DNA of 64,000 nt from Prorocentrum cordatum. Taxonomy: Eukaryota. The notes under the pieces were generated by a model. The model searched no databases. It worked only from the letters and a program-made list of their open reading frames with translations, and had not been told where the DNA came from. The DNA lies in assembly GCA_963575745.1 (NCBI GenBank), contig CAUYUJ010000292.1, positions 248,001-312,000 of the forward strand, given 5' to 3'. A program made the position numbers and the translations under genes. Shown one piece after another: positions 27,201 through 41,259 of this stretch (the stretch's first letter is position 1; the number at the start of each line of letters is the position of its first letter).

Positions 27201-29220
27201 CCCGCCCTCGTCGTCTTCGATCGTACCCCCTTGGGGGTATATCTTCCTTGCCTGCCACGTGCATTTAGTGCAGCCCCTAAACCAACGGAAGAGAGGACGG
27301 GCGGAAGGGAGAGGGAGAATAATGGAGCACGAGAAAAAATAGCAGGAGGTGGGTTAGGGACAGAAGACAAGCGGCAGAACCAGACGGGCAGATCGGGTGG
27401 GCAGACCCATAGCGGGCAGGTCGGGAAGGCGGGCCCAGGCGACGAGGTCGAGCAGGCGGGTTGCTGAAGCGTGGGTCCTGCATGAATCGCGAGGAAATCT
27501 CGAACGATAGCGCGATTCCAAAGTGAATCGTGAGAACAATCAGAGCGAGGACGTGATTCCTGAGCGCCGAAGGCGCATCGTCTGAATCAAGTGCGAGGAA
27601 GTCCCACGCGAGAGCGCGATGCGTACGTCATTTGTGAGGAAGTCCCGCGTGAGAGCGCGATTTGGGAATACATTGTGAGGAAGTCTCAGGCGGGAGCTGT
27701 TGTGGTTGTTGTTGTAATCCTGGGGCCACTAACGCAGTTTGAGCCTAGCGACTTACTCTGGTAAAAGAAGGGCGAGAGCCCGTAGGGAAGCACTTCAGTT
27801 GATCAAACATAATGGCCACCGGAGTGGGGATTAACAATAATTGTTCTTCAGTCGTGAGCGTTCAACAACCAACAACAACAGCAATAGCAACAACCACAAC
27901 ACCAACAACCACAACAACAACAACAACAACAACCACAACGACACTAACTCCAACAATAACAGCAATCAAATTAAGATTGTTCGCTCTTATCTGCTCGAGT
28001 GTCCGTTAACGCGTATTTCCCCGCCCCTCGATACCCGCCCTCTTCGTCTTCGATCGTAGCTCTTTTGCGGGGTATACCTTTCCCCCCTGACAGGGGACCG
28101 ACCACGACGACGACGACGTCGACGACGGCCACGACGGCGACGAGCGAAAGCGACAGAGAGAACGACAGCAGGGCCACGAAGGGCAGGAATGGGGCCACGA
28201 AGGGCGACAGCGGGGACACGAAGGGAATGCGTATAGGGCCACGAAGAGCGCAAACGATCGGGGGCCACGAAGGGCAGATAATGCGGGGCCACAGGAGGCA
28301 ACGACGGGACCACTGAGAGTAGCAACTGGGCCACGTAGGACAGCGAAGGGGCCACAAAGGGCGACAGCGGGGCCACGAAGGGCATGCATATAGGGCCACG
28401 ACGGGCGCGAACGAGCGGGGGCCACGACGGGCATACATAGATGGGGCCACGAAGGGCAGCGAGTGGGCCACGAAGGGCTGCAACGGGGCCACGAAGGGCA
28501 GCGAGGGGGCCACGAAGGGCTGCAACGGGGCCACGAAGGGCAGCGAGGGGGCCACGGGGGGGTGCAACGGGGCCACGAAGGGCAGCGAGGGGGCCACGAA
28601 GGGCTGCAACGGGGCCACGAAGGACAGCGAGGGGGCCACGAAGGGGTGCAACGGGGCCACGAAGTGCAGCGAGGGGGCCACGAAGGGCTGCAACGGGTCC
28701 ACGAAGGGCAGCGAGGGGACCACGAAGGGCTGCAACTGGGCCACTCGAAGGGCAGCGAGATCCCGATTCCTAATTCATCTGTGAGGGAGTCCAAAGCGTG
28801 GGCGCGACTCCAGGTGCCTGAGTGTCGGGAGCGCGGCGCTTGAGTAAATTGCGTGAAATTCCAACGCAACGGCGCTATTCTTGAATAATTTGCAAGTAAG
28901 TCTCTAGCGAGAGCGCGATTCCAGAGCGCCGAGAGAGCGGTTCCTGCATTAATTGTAAGGAAGTCCCAAGCGAGAGCGCGATTCCTGAATCATATGTAAG
29001 GAAGTCTCAGGCGGGAGCGGGGGTCCTGGCAAACTTGTGGGGAAGTCTCAAGCGGGAGCCGTTGTTGTTGCAAACCTGGGGCCAACGACTCAGTTTGACC
29101 CTCAAGACTTTCCCTGATAAAAACAAGGTACGAGCTCCAGGAGGGGTATTTCAATAGAAAAAATACATTGTGCACCAGGCGGGGGGGATCAACAATACTT
29201 ACTTTTCAGACGTGAGTTCA
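24230..29220. repeat. Higher-order repeat block containing GGGGCCACGAAGGGC minisatellite arrays
   Basis: Alternating 18-nt subunits (GGGGCCACGAAGGGCAGCGA / ...GCTGCAAC) at 24600-25060, 25830-26760 and 28170-28755. Larger units restart near 24230, 25570, 27135 and 27970. Confidence 0.85.
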
Positions 29221-29248
29221 ACGACAACAACAGCATGAATATACACTG

Positions 29249-29384
29249 TTCGAAGGTCTGCGCGGATTTCTTGGATCGGCGATGGACTATTCTCCCTGGC
29301 GCGCGGAGCGCGCCAGAGGCGGCACCGAAGGCGCCGAAATGGGGGGCCCAGCGCAGATCCAAGAAATCCGCGCGGACCTCCGAA
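29249..29384. mobile_element. Small inverted-repeat (MITE-like) element; related copies about 33365-33740
   Basis: TTCGAAGGTCTGCGCGGATTTCTTGGATC ... GATCCAAGAAATCCGCGCGGACCTCCGAA, 27 of 29 complementary. Confidence 0.55.
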
Positions 29385-30349
29385 AGTTTATGCCTGTCTT
29401 TCTTTTGTTCTTCGAGATAGGGGTGAGGCCTTGGAAGGCCGTGCCGCCACTCTGCTTGCGAGCGGGGCGCGGCCAGCAAGAGCGGCCAAGGATGGGCTGC
29501 AGGGGAAGGATGCAAGGGCAGCCTTGGAGAGTCGTTCATCCTCGCTACGCGGGTTGACTGTAGGTGGGGTCGGCAGATCGCGCCGCATCGCCAATGCATC
29601 GCGGATTCATCGGCGACGTCGGCATGAAGAAACTCTGGTTCCACACCGAGCCGTATCGCCGATGCATCGGCGAGGCGGCGCGATCATCCGACCCTATCTG
29701 CTCGGACCCCATCTGGGAGGCCTAGAGTCTGGCAATACTCACCCTACAAATCCTCCCCGTGCAAGCCCTTAGATCCTGGCGTCCCAATTTTGTCGAGCTG
29801 GGCGTTTTCGTCAGGATTCGGGCCCTGGGACCCTCACAGATCGATCCAGATCGAAAGATGGCGCAGAAAGATGTGGTCTGAGGCTCTGGTCGTGATTTCT
29901 TACGCTGTTCCGATTTTTACTTGCGTGGCGTTCTCGCCCCCCACGCCCCCACCCCCTCGCCCCTCATCAAACGAATATACTAGCGTGTACATCGTTTGCG
30001 GCTTGCTTCAGGTTCAGGCGCCCCCCCCGTCAATGCAGGTAAACTTGCCAGAGCCTTCAACATCAAACAGGCTCCCTCACAGGTCGATCTGGCTCGAAAA
30101 ATGGCGCCGAAAGATGGGGTCTGGGGCTCGGGTCGTGCTTTTTTAACGCTGGTCTGACTTTTTCGCGCCGTCGGATCTCAGGGAGCACGCTTCCTCTGAA
30201 CCCTCCCTAACCAGCCTTGAACGTATCCCTATCCCTGGGATCGGCACGCCCTGGGCGATGACAATCCCAGGGGTGTGCCCTCAGAAGCGGAGGGAATCCT
30301 TAGGATTGGCACCGAGGTGAGGTGATGTCAAACGTAGGGGCCGTAGAGG

Positions 30350-30580
30350 CCGCCTAGATGGGATCGGAGTAGATGGGGTCGGAGGATCGCACCGCATCGG
30401 CGATACATCGGCGATGCATCGGCGATGTACTGGCGATGCATCAGCTACGTCGATGATGCATCCACGACGTAGGCGTGGAATAAATTTGGCCCCACATCGA
30501 GCCGCATCGCCGATGCATCGCCGTTGCATCGGCGGTGCGGCGCGATCTTCCGACCTCATCTGCTCGGACCCCATCTGGGA
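30350..30580. mobile_element. MITE-like element with about 50-bp terminal inverted repeats (partial second copy about 29565-29725)
   Basis: Left arm AGATGGGATCGGAGTAGATGGGGTCGGAGGATCGCACCGCATCGGCGAT; reverse complement of the right arm AGATGGGGTCCGAGCAGATGAGGTCGGAAGATCGCGCCGCACCGCCGAT. Confidence 0.6.
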
Positions 30581-31312
30581 GACCTAGATCTGTTTCAAGC
30601 TACGGATCGGCACACAACGCGCGAACGCCGACCCCCGCAGACGCCGTAGAGCAACGCGAGGATGGTCAAGAGCACCATGACGACAAGGTGCAGGCCACGG
30701 AAGAGATTGGCGAACACTCGCGCCACACTCATCTCTTAATGCCACCTAAATCATCAATGCTGGCGGTGGGCTGAATGAGTTGCACTTCGACCGCAATCTT
30801 CCCCGCGCGTGCCAACTTTGAATGTGGGGGATTGGGGGAGTGTCCGCTAATTGTTTCCTCCTACCGTAGCGGCAGTCCTCCTCCTCCTCCTCCTCCTCCT
30901 CCTCCTTCTCCAACTCAGGCTGAGGCTGCGGATCGGTCTGTGATGAAACACTGGGGCACCTCGTTGATCCTCCTCCTGGTCTTCGCTGGGGGGAAGGGTC
31001 GAAGAATCCCCCCCAAGCAACCAATCATCAATACAGAAGAACAGGCTGTGGCCTGTACGAAGATGGAGACGAGACAGAAACATAGAAGCGCGAAGAGGTG
31101 AAACCATCCACGGGAGGAAGAAGGCGAGGCGCCCCTCAAGGCCCCCCGAAACAGGGGTGGAGGTCAGGTGGTCTCGCCCCGTGAGTCATGCAATCGCTGC
31201 ACATGCGCAAATGTCCTCCTCCTTCTTCTTCTTCCTCCTGAACCTTCTCCCTCGCCGCTTGTCCTTCATCCCGAACAGAGCGACGACGACGACATACGAT
31301 GACGACATAATT

Positions 31313-31437
<125 letters not shown>

Positions 31438-34144
31438 ACGACGACGAGAATAAGAGACTCTAGAAAACAGGCCAGTGCAAGGAAATCATATTAAAAAGGT
31501 GCCCCTCTTGGGCTTGAACCACCCCATAGACCGCCAGCAGGCCCCCAAGAGGCCCCCAAGAGGCCCCAGGAGGACACCCACAGAGGCTCCAAGAGGCCCA
31601 ACAGAGGCCCCAAGACACTCCGAAACTGCAGCTAAGAGTCCCCCCCCCTCCCCCCTCCTCCTCCTCCTCCTCCTCCTCCTCCTCCTCCTCCTCCTCCTCC
31701 TCCTCCTCCTCCTCCTCCTCCATCTCCTCCTCCCCCTCCCCCTCCTCCTCCTCCTCCTCCTCCTCCTCCTCCTCCTCCTCCTCCTCCTCCTCCTCGGGCC
31801 GCCTAAGGCCCCGGGGGAAACTGCGGCCCAGCAGAGGCTCCAAGAGGCCCAGCAGAGGCCCCAAGAGATCCCAACGGGCATCCAAGGGGCTTCTGACCTT
31901 CAACCCAGGCGCGGTGGCGGGATGCGCTGAAGGCCACCACATCCGCCACCCCCTCGCGGTCCTGCCACAGGGGTGCCTGGCGTGCTGGATTTCAGGCGTT
32001 TTTTTGTTGGTTCTCTCTGCAACTCTCCCTGGGGCGTTGGCACAGTGCGCCGGCCACCCGAAAGGCCGCGGCGCTTCTCCAAAAGGTCTCCAAGACGGCC
32101 TCGCTGGTGATTAAGATTGCCCAGATGGCCCAAGCTGACCTCCAAGTTCGGACAAGATGGTCCAAGACGGCCTCTAAGTCGGCCCAAGAAGATCCAAGAT
32201 GCCTCCAAGCCCACCCAAGAATCCCCCAAGACGATCCGAGAGAACCCCAAGAAGCCTCCACGTCGGCCGAAGAGGCCACCGAGAGGTCCTCCAGGAAAGC
32301 CCGAAAATACGAAGATCATTGATTTCCATAGGTTTCGATTGATTTTGGTATTAGCTTCCTTTTGGACTTCCGAAGGTCTAGGCCTTCAAGATCGCCCCCA
32401 AGAGGCCCCCAAGACGGCACATAGCGGGGCCCAAGACGGCCCAAGAGGGCTTCATGACGCCCAAGATGGCCTTCAAGACGGCCCTGAAGCGCCCCAAGAA
32501 AGCCCCAAGACGGTCCAGAGAGGCCCCCAAGACGGCTCCCGACGGCCCAGGAACGCCCTAGGACGGCGAAAGAGGCCACGAACACGCCCCCAAAGGTCCC
32601 CAAGAGGCCGAAGGAGACTCCCAAGATGCCTCCAAGAGGCTCCCAGGAGACTCCAAGAATGCCCCAAGAGGCTCCCCAGAGGTCTCCGCCTCCTCCTTCT
32701 CCTCTTCTTCCTCCTCTTCATTCTCCTCCTCCTCCTCCTCCTCCTCTTCCTCCTCCTCCTCCTCTTCATCCTACTCCCTTTTCCTTCTTCTCCTCATTCT
32801 CTTCCTCGCGTGTTCTCCGACAGGTTTCCACGACGGCTGGGGGAAAAAACGGTCCGATAGCTTGGCCAAGCTCTAGCTCAATTTTCGGCCACATACGCGC
32901 TTCCAAAAAGGCTGGGGGCGGCACTGATTCGCCGTCGGCGTATTCGACAATCCGCAGCTCCCCTGAGAGGTCTCCTCCTCCTCCTCCTCCTTCTCCTCCT
33001 CCTCCTTCTCCTCTCTATCCTGCGCCCCTCTCTCTTTCTCCCACGAGTGTTCCCCCCAAGGCTTTCACAACGCCTGGGCGAACACACAGTCCGATAGCTT
33101 AGTCGAGCTCTGGCCTAACGCTCGGCCACATAGGCGCTTCCAAACAAGGCAGGGGGCGGCGGTGATTCGCAGTGGGCGTCCTAGAAATTCCTCGTAGGAG
33201 AAGAAGGAGAACAGCAACGCAAGCAATGCCAATAGCCATAATACGACTTAGAAGAATAGTGCTAATGCTAAGACAAATTAACAAGATAATATTAATGATG
33301 CGACGAATCGTAGTAGCACTAAGAGTGAGAATACCAAGCAAAACACAAACACTGCATAATCATAAGCTGTCGGAACTCCGCGCGGATTGCCTGGATTGGC
33401 GCCGGACCCCCCTCCCTGGCGCGCCGGGCGCGCCGGATGCGGCCCTGGAGGCGCCGCCAGGGGGGCCTGGCGCCGATCCAAGGACTCTGGGCGAACAAAT
33501 TGTGCTTATGCGGCTTCCCCTTCGAACAAGTGGCACGCGTGCCCTGGCTCCTGCACCAAGGAGCTGCGAGGGACAGGAGGCGTTCGCCTCCTTCCTCCAG
33601 GAGTTTCCTTCTGTGGTCGGGGGGGAGGACGAACTACGAACGAACGAGCAACGACGACGGAATTAAAGAGGTCCGAGCTCCTGGAGGCGCCGCCAGGGGG
33701 GCCGGGCGCCGATCCAAGGAATCTGGACGGAGCTCTGAACACATTACGTTTCCCCCCCCCCCAAGGGGAACGATTGCGCGACGAGAGTCGGCAACAATGC
33801 AGCGCAGACAAGTGAGCAAAATCCTGCAATAGCCCCAGACTCGGTCGTGGGGCGGAGGAGGGAGGAGAGGGGGAGATGAGCCCACCTGCCTAAAAGATAC
33901 AAATTCCCCCCAACTGTCTGCAACTTCCCTTCCGAACAAGTGGCACGCGTGCCATGGCTCTTGCACAAAGGAACTGGGGGAGGGCAGGGAGGCCGGGGAG
34001 GGGGGAGGCCTGGGGCCAGGACCAAGGGGGAGGTCAGGGAGAGTGGGGGGGAGGACGAACGACAAACGAACGAACGACAATGAAGAAAGAAAACAGGTCC
34101 GAGCTCCTAGAGCACAGTTGTGCAACACAAATCAAAGACGCGTC

Positions 34145-34248
34145 CTCTCCGCGTCGCCCTCGGGCTCGAGCCAGGGCTTGCAGCTCGGGGGTAGCTCGAC
34201 CTCCACGCGGGCGGCGAAGCCGCCCACCGTCACGTGGGAGGACGTCGC
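34145..34248 (-). CDS. HDAC exon 4
   Basis: cag|ATSSHVTVGGFAARVEVELPPSCKPWLEPEGDAE(S)|ga. High GC3 codons; the phase-2 end fits the next exon. Confidence 0.75.
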
Positions 34249-35743
34249 CTGCACGGGGAGGGGAACTACGAGCAGACTCCCGTCAGCCAAAATCAGAGGA
34301 GGAGGCGGAGGAGGAGGAGGAGGACATTTGAGAAAGAACCATTGGATCAGAAATCCATGGTCCGGAAACAGGTGGAACTCCAATCGTGAAGCGGCGATGC
34401 ATATCACCGCCGCCCTGATCAGATAAGGAAAGTCCTCCAGGGTCTGAAACCTCCTGGGGACATTCCTTAAACAGCGCCCCGGCCGCAGCTTGGATGCTCA
34501 TTCTGGGGACCTTCCTGGAAGCACTCGCTCCACTCGTGCGTCGAAGCTGCGTCAAATGTCCGTCGATTTGGGTCGACCTCGAATCGAACCCGAATCGAAT
34601 CTGAGCCGAACTGTGGTCGAACTAGAGTTGAACAGATCCGTCGGGTGGGCCCCAGGACGGTTGCCCAAACGATCATCTGACGCAGCCCCTCCCGCGCGTG
34701 CTCGCGCCGAGGACGCACCTTTTGCGTCGGCGGCTCGGCAGAGTGACTGCTCTGGCGGACAGGGCCCGCGTGGGGCACACCGCTGCCAATCGAGCCGCGA
34801 GGCGCGCGAGGAGGCGGGGGAAGGCCCGGCGCGGGCGGGAGGGAGACGGAAGCCGGGCCCGCTCAGAGCGGGGCCGGGCCGCGGCAGGGGCGGCGCCGGG
34901 GCGGCGGGGCGGCAGCCGCGGGGCAGCCGGGGGGCGGGCAGCAGCCAGGGGCGGCCGCGCGAGGGCGCCGAGGACACACCCGCACACTGGCCGGAGCTTG
35001 CCTCGCCAGGCGGAAGACCACACTACCAAAGCGCGCCCGGGAGGTGTCTCACGGGAACCGCCATGAGACCTCGCTGCGCTGTCTGATCGCAGATCGAAGC
35101 GGGATGGGGCGCCATGGAACGCATGGTGCTGTCATGTGCCCATGCCGCATCGACTCTTTAATTACCTCTTGTCTGTACTGTAGTGCACTCGGGCACTTGC
35201 AGCGCTTGCGCGCAGGGCGCTGCTCTGTCATAGTGCGCATGGCGCTGATCTGTAATGAGAACCTAGCGCGATGCACTGTTACCCCCACGAAGCATGTCTC
35301 CAGTTTCCCTTCAATACTATGTTTCCACGCCCGCTCGTGGTCGCCTTCCTCCCAACGATCTGACTCTTAAGAATGATGCCGCGAATGTGAAATATTTGAC
35401 TCGGGCCCAACGTTCTTTGGCGAAGCGTTCAAAAACACAGCGATCCTTCAGTGCTTGTTTTCGTCTTGAGCGGTCCGATGTATACTCGACTCATGTGTAA
35501 AAAAAGTTGGGTACGTCCCTGGGTGGTTTTTACAAGCTCTGTCTCAGGCGCCGCGGTCTTCTCAGAGCGCTCCGGAACGCTCTGAGAGCGTTCTCGGGCG
35601 CGATGGCAGGGCGCGGAGTCTGGCGTCTAGCCCAGGGGGGAAGTGAGACGGGGCGGGTCTTCTCAGAAGGCTCGGAGGTCCCCCGGCTTTCTGAACAATC
35701 CTCTCAGAAGGCCGGAGGGCTTCTGAGGAGGAGGAGGAGGAGG

Positions 35744-38700
35744 TTATTTTTTAAACATGCACCGCTGGAGACGCCACAACCATCCTGCATTGAGTCAGGC
35801 CGAGGCGCAGAGGCTCCTGCACCAGAGTCGCAGAGCGAAAGCCTGGGGCAGAGAGCGGCGACACTGTCAGCGGCGAGGCCACACGGCTTCCGCACGCGCA
35901 GGGGGGACCATCAGCCCAACGAGGGTTGGCCCAACCGTCCCCCCCGATGTTACGGACAGAGCGCAGCCATCGTGCTTGACAAAATTGTCACCCGTGACCG
36001 CTTAGGATGAAGGCCACGAAGCATGCGAGCCCAGGAATCTGGTGTCCTGGGAGTGCCATCCTTATTGGCAGGAGGGCCATAACAGCGGCTCGCAAGTTTG
36101 GCGAGCCTTAAACCAGAAGTGTAGCACTTACACGTCTGACAAAAACAGACAAAGGAGTCGTCGCTGCAATCAACCACCCAGCACCGGTGGCCGAGCGAGG
36201 CCAACTGAGCGACTTGCACACGCGAGTGATGGGAACAGACTCCTGGAGGCGGCACCGCCGCAGTGCGCCTCCCGCGGAGGCACTGAGTACATTGCCAAAG
36301 GTCCCCAACCCGCACCCAGGAATGGCCCGAACGGGCCTCCACGGCAGGACGCGGCGGGACGATAAGCTGCACCCCCTTGAGGTCAAGGCGAGGCCAGAGC
36401 GGCAGAAGGTGAGCAGACAGCTTAGCTACCTTTTTGGCAACCGAAACACTACGACTCACAGCCTCTTGAAGCTCGGGCGCAGCGGCAGGGTGCTGGAGAG
36501 CACCTCTCTTGGCCGCCTGGTCGGCCCCGCGGTTGCCCAAGCGGTAAAAGGCCTCCAGCGGAGGCAAATCCAACTCGAAACTCTGGTGAGCCTTCGCCTT
36601 GGTGAGACTCGAAATCAACGAAACGTGAGACAGAGCCTGCATCATCATACCGCTATAGACGAGTTTATAACTGATCTGGTTATAATAACCTGGAGCATGG
36701 TACTGCTTGTGCACATTCAGGCAGTCCGTATAGAAGTGGCTGGGACCCCCAGTCAAAAACACGGAGCCCCCGAAGGCTGAGCACCCCCCTCCCTGACTCG
36801 TCTGGGGCGTGGGGCCCCAGACGGGGGCCGAAACCGAACAGAGAGGGGCCGCGGAATCCGAATTTTCAAAAACACACAGCCCCCACCCCGCTCTCGACAA
36901 TTCACGCACAGGATGTTTGAAGCAAGAGCCGTCCATACATACATGGCCCTCGAACCCGCCACCCAGCCGAGCTGGGTCGTCGTGCCATTGAATATCTACT
37001 CCTGTGGACGAGAGCGGAGGTGGGTACAAGTCCCCTGGGTGCCTGAAAAGGCCTCGGGTGAAAAGAAGGAGGTCCACATTGGGGTCCTTAGAGGCTTCTA
37101 ACACCCAGGGGTCCACAAGACTGGCACGGAGCTCAGAACATTTGCTACACTCCCAAATCCTGTGGAATAAAGAATCGGGCTCCCCGCAGAGAACGCACAT
37201 CGGACAACGCTGATATCCTAAACTAACGGCCTTATCACGAGTCCAAGTCGCCCCACAATGAACCGCTTTCACAGTGCCCCTCTGGATCTTATCGAATGTA
37301 GTTGACCGAGTAGCCGTAACCATAACGTCGAAGCACAACCGATCAGAGGACCCCAAGGCAAGACTGGCCTGCCTCTCCAAAGAGCGAAGCACTCCTTCCC
37401 TGAGGAGCTCCTTCATCAAGGCAGGTGATGTGACAGGCAGCGAGATCTCTTGCTGGAGGTCATTGGTCAGAGTGAAGGGGTCTTTCATCTGCCAGTCAAT
37501 CCTGCACAAAGAGAGCTTCATCGCACCGACGGGTCCACCGCGCGAGCGCCATGTGATGTCCTTGGAGAAAGTGGCACTCCATGCCGAGCGAAGGGCAGCA
37601 AACGATAGCGAACGAAACGTGATCTTGCTCGCCGTGATCCACACCTCCTTACCCCATCGAACCACTGGTGCTATCGAGGCGAGCCAAGAGGGATCATTCT
37701 CAGCAATCATAAGCACGGTGAGAGACCGACCCCCTGCTGACGGCTGCATCGTACGACCGAGCCCTCGACGAATCCGAAGAACCTCCCCGTCGCTACGCCC
37801 GTGGACTTCGGTGCCATAAAATGCCAGGCAGCGGCCCAGCGGTGAATATCTGCTTGCGTCGCTTGCCAAGGTCGGGTTTCAACTTGGCCAGCCTCTTGGT
37901 GCGACGGTTGAACATAGCGACTCGCTTCTTGGCAGTAGCACAACGGCCAGACGATCTTCGAGGCTTGCCCTGAGTGTCGTCGATCCCGAGATTAGCTACC
38001 CCTGTAGTGGCCGGCCCTGCTAGTCCCCCCAGAATGTCACGAAGACGACGAGCAACAGCAGGAGAGGACGAGATGAGACAAGCTTTGTCAGCAGTGACCC
38101 CCGTGGTACGATCGATCCACAGCGAGCACTTACAATCAATCGTGGGGACGCGGTGCAGAGCTCGCGATGCGGCAGCAAGGTCCCGAATCACTAGCTCGAC
38201 ACCGCCAGTGCAATTCAGGGCGCAATCGTCGATATACGCATCTAGGGTGACAGAGCGCGGCAGCGTCAACCTATCCAGATCCAGGACGAGGTAAATACGA
38301 GCGAATGTAGTCGCGATCGAGCACCCAGCGATGACCCCCTTGATGGCTAACCAAGGTCCGTTGACGCTGCCATTCATCAAAATAAACCGCGCACGCTGGT
38401 AGGCGAACGCGCACAAGCGGGCCACCTGCGGAGAAAAACCGACGCGCCTGCATCGGTCTAGAAGCAGCTCCAGATCAAATAGTTCGTATAACTTATACAT
38501 ATCCCAAAGGACACTAGCGGACACATCGTTGTTGGATACCGACTCTTCAGATCTAAGAGCTTGCCTCCAAACCGCATCCGAGGAAGACTTGAATCGCCCG
38601 CAGGCGAAGAAAGGCCTCTGCCACGCGGCCTCCCACTCCTCAGCCAAGCGACGGCGAGCACGTCCCCAGAGTCTGTAAGTAACCACGAAGAGGCCAATAG

Positions 38701-39535
38701 GCCTGCAACCTCCAGAGGCCTTCGACAACATTGCCAGGAGAACCACCCTCAACTGAGTCGGAAAAGCCGAAAGCATCTCCCAGAGCTGGAACATCTTCCC
38801 CAGGGCCAGGAGGGCGCCGTCGCTAGGCTGCGCGAAGTGCCTCATTTGAAAGCCGTCGGCCGGGACAGCCGTAAATCTGGAATCGCCGAGGCTGAGATCG
38901 CGAAGCACTGAAGGACTGAGAAACCCCAAGGGCTCCAGGATAGCCTCGCGCGCGAAACGGTCAGGCGGCCGAGCCTCCTGATAAGTCGCGCCCCAGAGGT
39001 CCACGAACTTGAGGGCTTCCGCTTTCAGGAGGCTGAGTGGATCCGAAACCAGGGCGCCATCGGAGCTCAGGGTAGTCGTTGGTTTCCAAGACTGGGGGTC
39101 CCTCGTGTACTGATGAGCCCTCTTGCCCCCTTTCTCGATGCCCTCCAAGATCCACTGCCTCCAGGAAGCTCTGGATTCCTTCCGAGTAAAAGCAGCGGCC
39201 TCCGAGAGGGACTCCTCGAAGTCCCGCAACACCTGAGTCAGAGATAACCTCCAATCGTCCAGGGAAAGCCCGCCACAACGTCCCAAGAATAAAACAGCCT
39301 GATCATGAACCGCAGACCACTGCCCCAGATGATCCAATATACACTGAGGAGGGCGTCGCATCTGACCTACGATCGACTGCGCGGCCGGGTGCTCGACGGG
39401 GTCGCCCGCGCCGAGGTGCCCGATCAAAGCGCGCAGCTGCGCAACAAAGAAATTGACCGAATGCTGCGCTGACGGCGGAGCGGCCCTGGTGTCGATAGCG
39501 AGCGGATCGTACCACTCGCACCTAGGCCTGCGACC
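35744..39535 (-). mobile_element. 5'-truncated non-LTR retrotransposon (RT-RNase H-Zn finger), same broad family as the plus-strand element
   Basis: ORF 37793-39427 has SKASGGCRPIG, WDMYKLYE, VIAGCSIA and YIDD. ORF 35950-37869 has CVLCGEPDSLFHRIWEC, CMDGS, FYTDC, KAH, GNRGADQAAK and C-terminal CxxC motifs. A short A-rich end lies at 35744-35752, and both sides are flanked by (GGA)n. No endonuclease seen. Confidence 0.9.
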
Positions 39536-39897
<362 letters not shown>

Positions 39898-40051
39898 CCG
39901 TTGCCTGGGGCCTTCGCCTTCCCTGGGGTCGGGGCTCGAGCTGGTCACAGCGACCCGCGCGATCCTCTATCGGAAGCCCTGCCATGGGTGAGGATCCATT
40001 CATTTTCGGCCACTTTCAGCCTCGCAGACTCGTCAAGTCTGCGGTCGCGGC

Positions 40052-41199
40052 ATGTCAAATGGTTGGCGTGACGCGTCTTGGAGAAGCGAGCTCTGCGGGT
40101 GAGGAAAGACTCCTATGCGCGCGGCATACTGCAAGCATTGCGGGAAGCACTGGCAGACGGGAAAGGACAAGAAGCCCAAGTCGAAGCCCAAGGGCAAGGG
40201 GGCGGATGATGTGTTTCATCCTCCTGGCCTGCCTGCTCGAGGTGCTGACGCTGCGGCAGGACAAGGTCTGGCGCCGCTTCCAGTGGGCCTGCTGCAGGCA
40301 GGAACGGACCCCTTGCCCAACGTCTCAGTGGCGGAGCTCAAGCAGCTCATCGAGTTGGGCAGGAAGGCTGGCAACGAGCAGATGTCCGAGTACTACCAGC
40401 AGGTGCTGGCTGTCAAGGGCAAGCACGAGGTCCCGCCCCAGACGCGGGCGGACCAGGCACACACGAACACGAAGAAGTTGGAGGTCGACCTGGAGAAGGA
40501 GACTGCGGTGCTGGACGACCTGCACACGCGGGTGGCCCTCCAGCAGTCCAAGGTGGCAGGCGTCCTCCAGCGCTTGGGGGAGCAGGGGCAGATCTACAAG
40601 GAGGCGATCACAGAGCTGCACGCCACGATGGCTCCCGTGGTCTCAGCCCCCCCGCCCTTGCCGCAGCTTTCCCTGTCAGCGCTGCTGGAGGGCAAGCAGG
40701 GCGAGTGGGAGCTGTCGTGCGGGGGCGACCTCTTCGGCCTGGTGGACTACGTCGGCGTCGAACGAGCGACAAGCAGGAGGCGAAGAGGCGCGAACAGGAG
40801 CTCAAGACAAAGTTCACGGACATGGCCCGCACCATGTTCGGGGAGCTCAAGCAGAAGGCGGAGCAGCGCAAGGCTGACCATGAGCAGCTCAAAAAGCGGC
40901 TCGAGGGCAAGCGTCGGCGCCAGGAGCCACCAGGAGCTGCCGAGCCTGGAGACGGTGCTGGAGCGGCTGGCTCAGCGGCCGCGGAGCAGGGCGCTCAGGC
41001 GCCAGCCGCCGCCGCGGCGCCTCCAGCAGGCGGAGGCGCAGGCGCCGCTGAGCCCAGCGTGCCGCCGCCGCAGGCCGTCGGCAAGGGAGCCGCGGGCAAG
41101 GGCCAGACCGCCGCCCAGGTCCGCGCCCACGCCCAGCGGCTCGTCGGCAAGGGGCCTGGCTCAGGCAAAGGGGCAGCGGATTCTCAGCAGGGCCTTTAG
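40052..41199 (+). pseudogene. LINE ORF1: N-terminal Cys finger plus coiled coil, disrupted
   Basis: ATG at 40052 gives MSNGWRDASWRSELCG*GKTPMRAAYCKHCGKHW, a degenerate W-x-C-x2-C...C-x2-C finger with an in-frame TGA. A coiled-coil region follows, with a frameshift near 40760 and TAG at 41197-41199. Confidence 0.7.
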
Positions 41200-41259
41200 C
41201 ACAGGCCGCCTCGCCAGTGCCAGTCAAGGGCCTCTTGCGGCACAAAGTACCTCTTCAAG

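Noticed and set aside
25952..28869. ORFs with GATKG/PFVAP repeats resembling repeat proteins
   Set aside because: They are open in several frames on both strands and are a minisatellite by-product.
30596..30733. Short minus-strand hydrophobic ORF (MSVARVFANLFRGLHLVVMVLLTILALLYG)
   Set aside because: Too short, with no supporting exons or recognisable motif.
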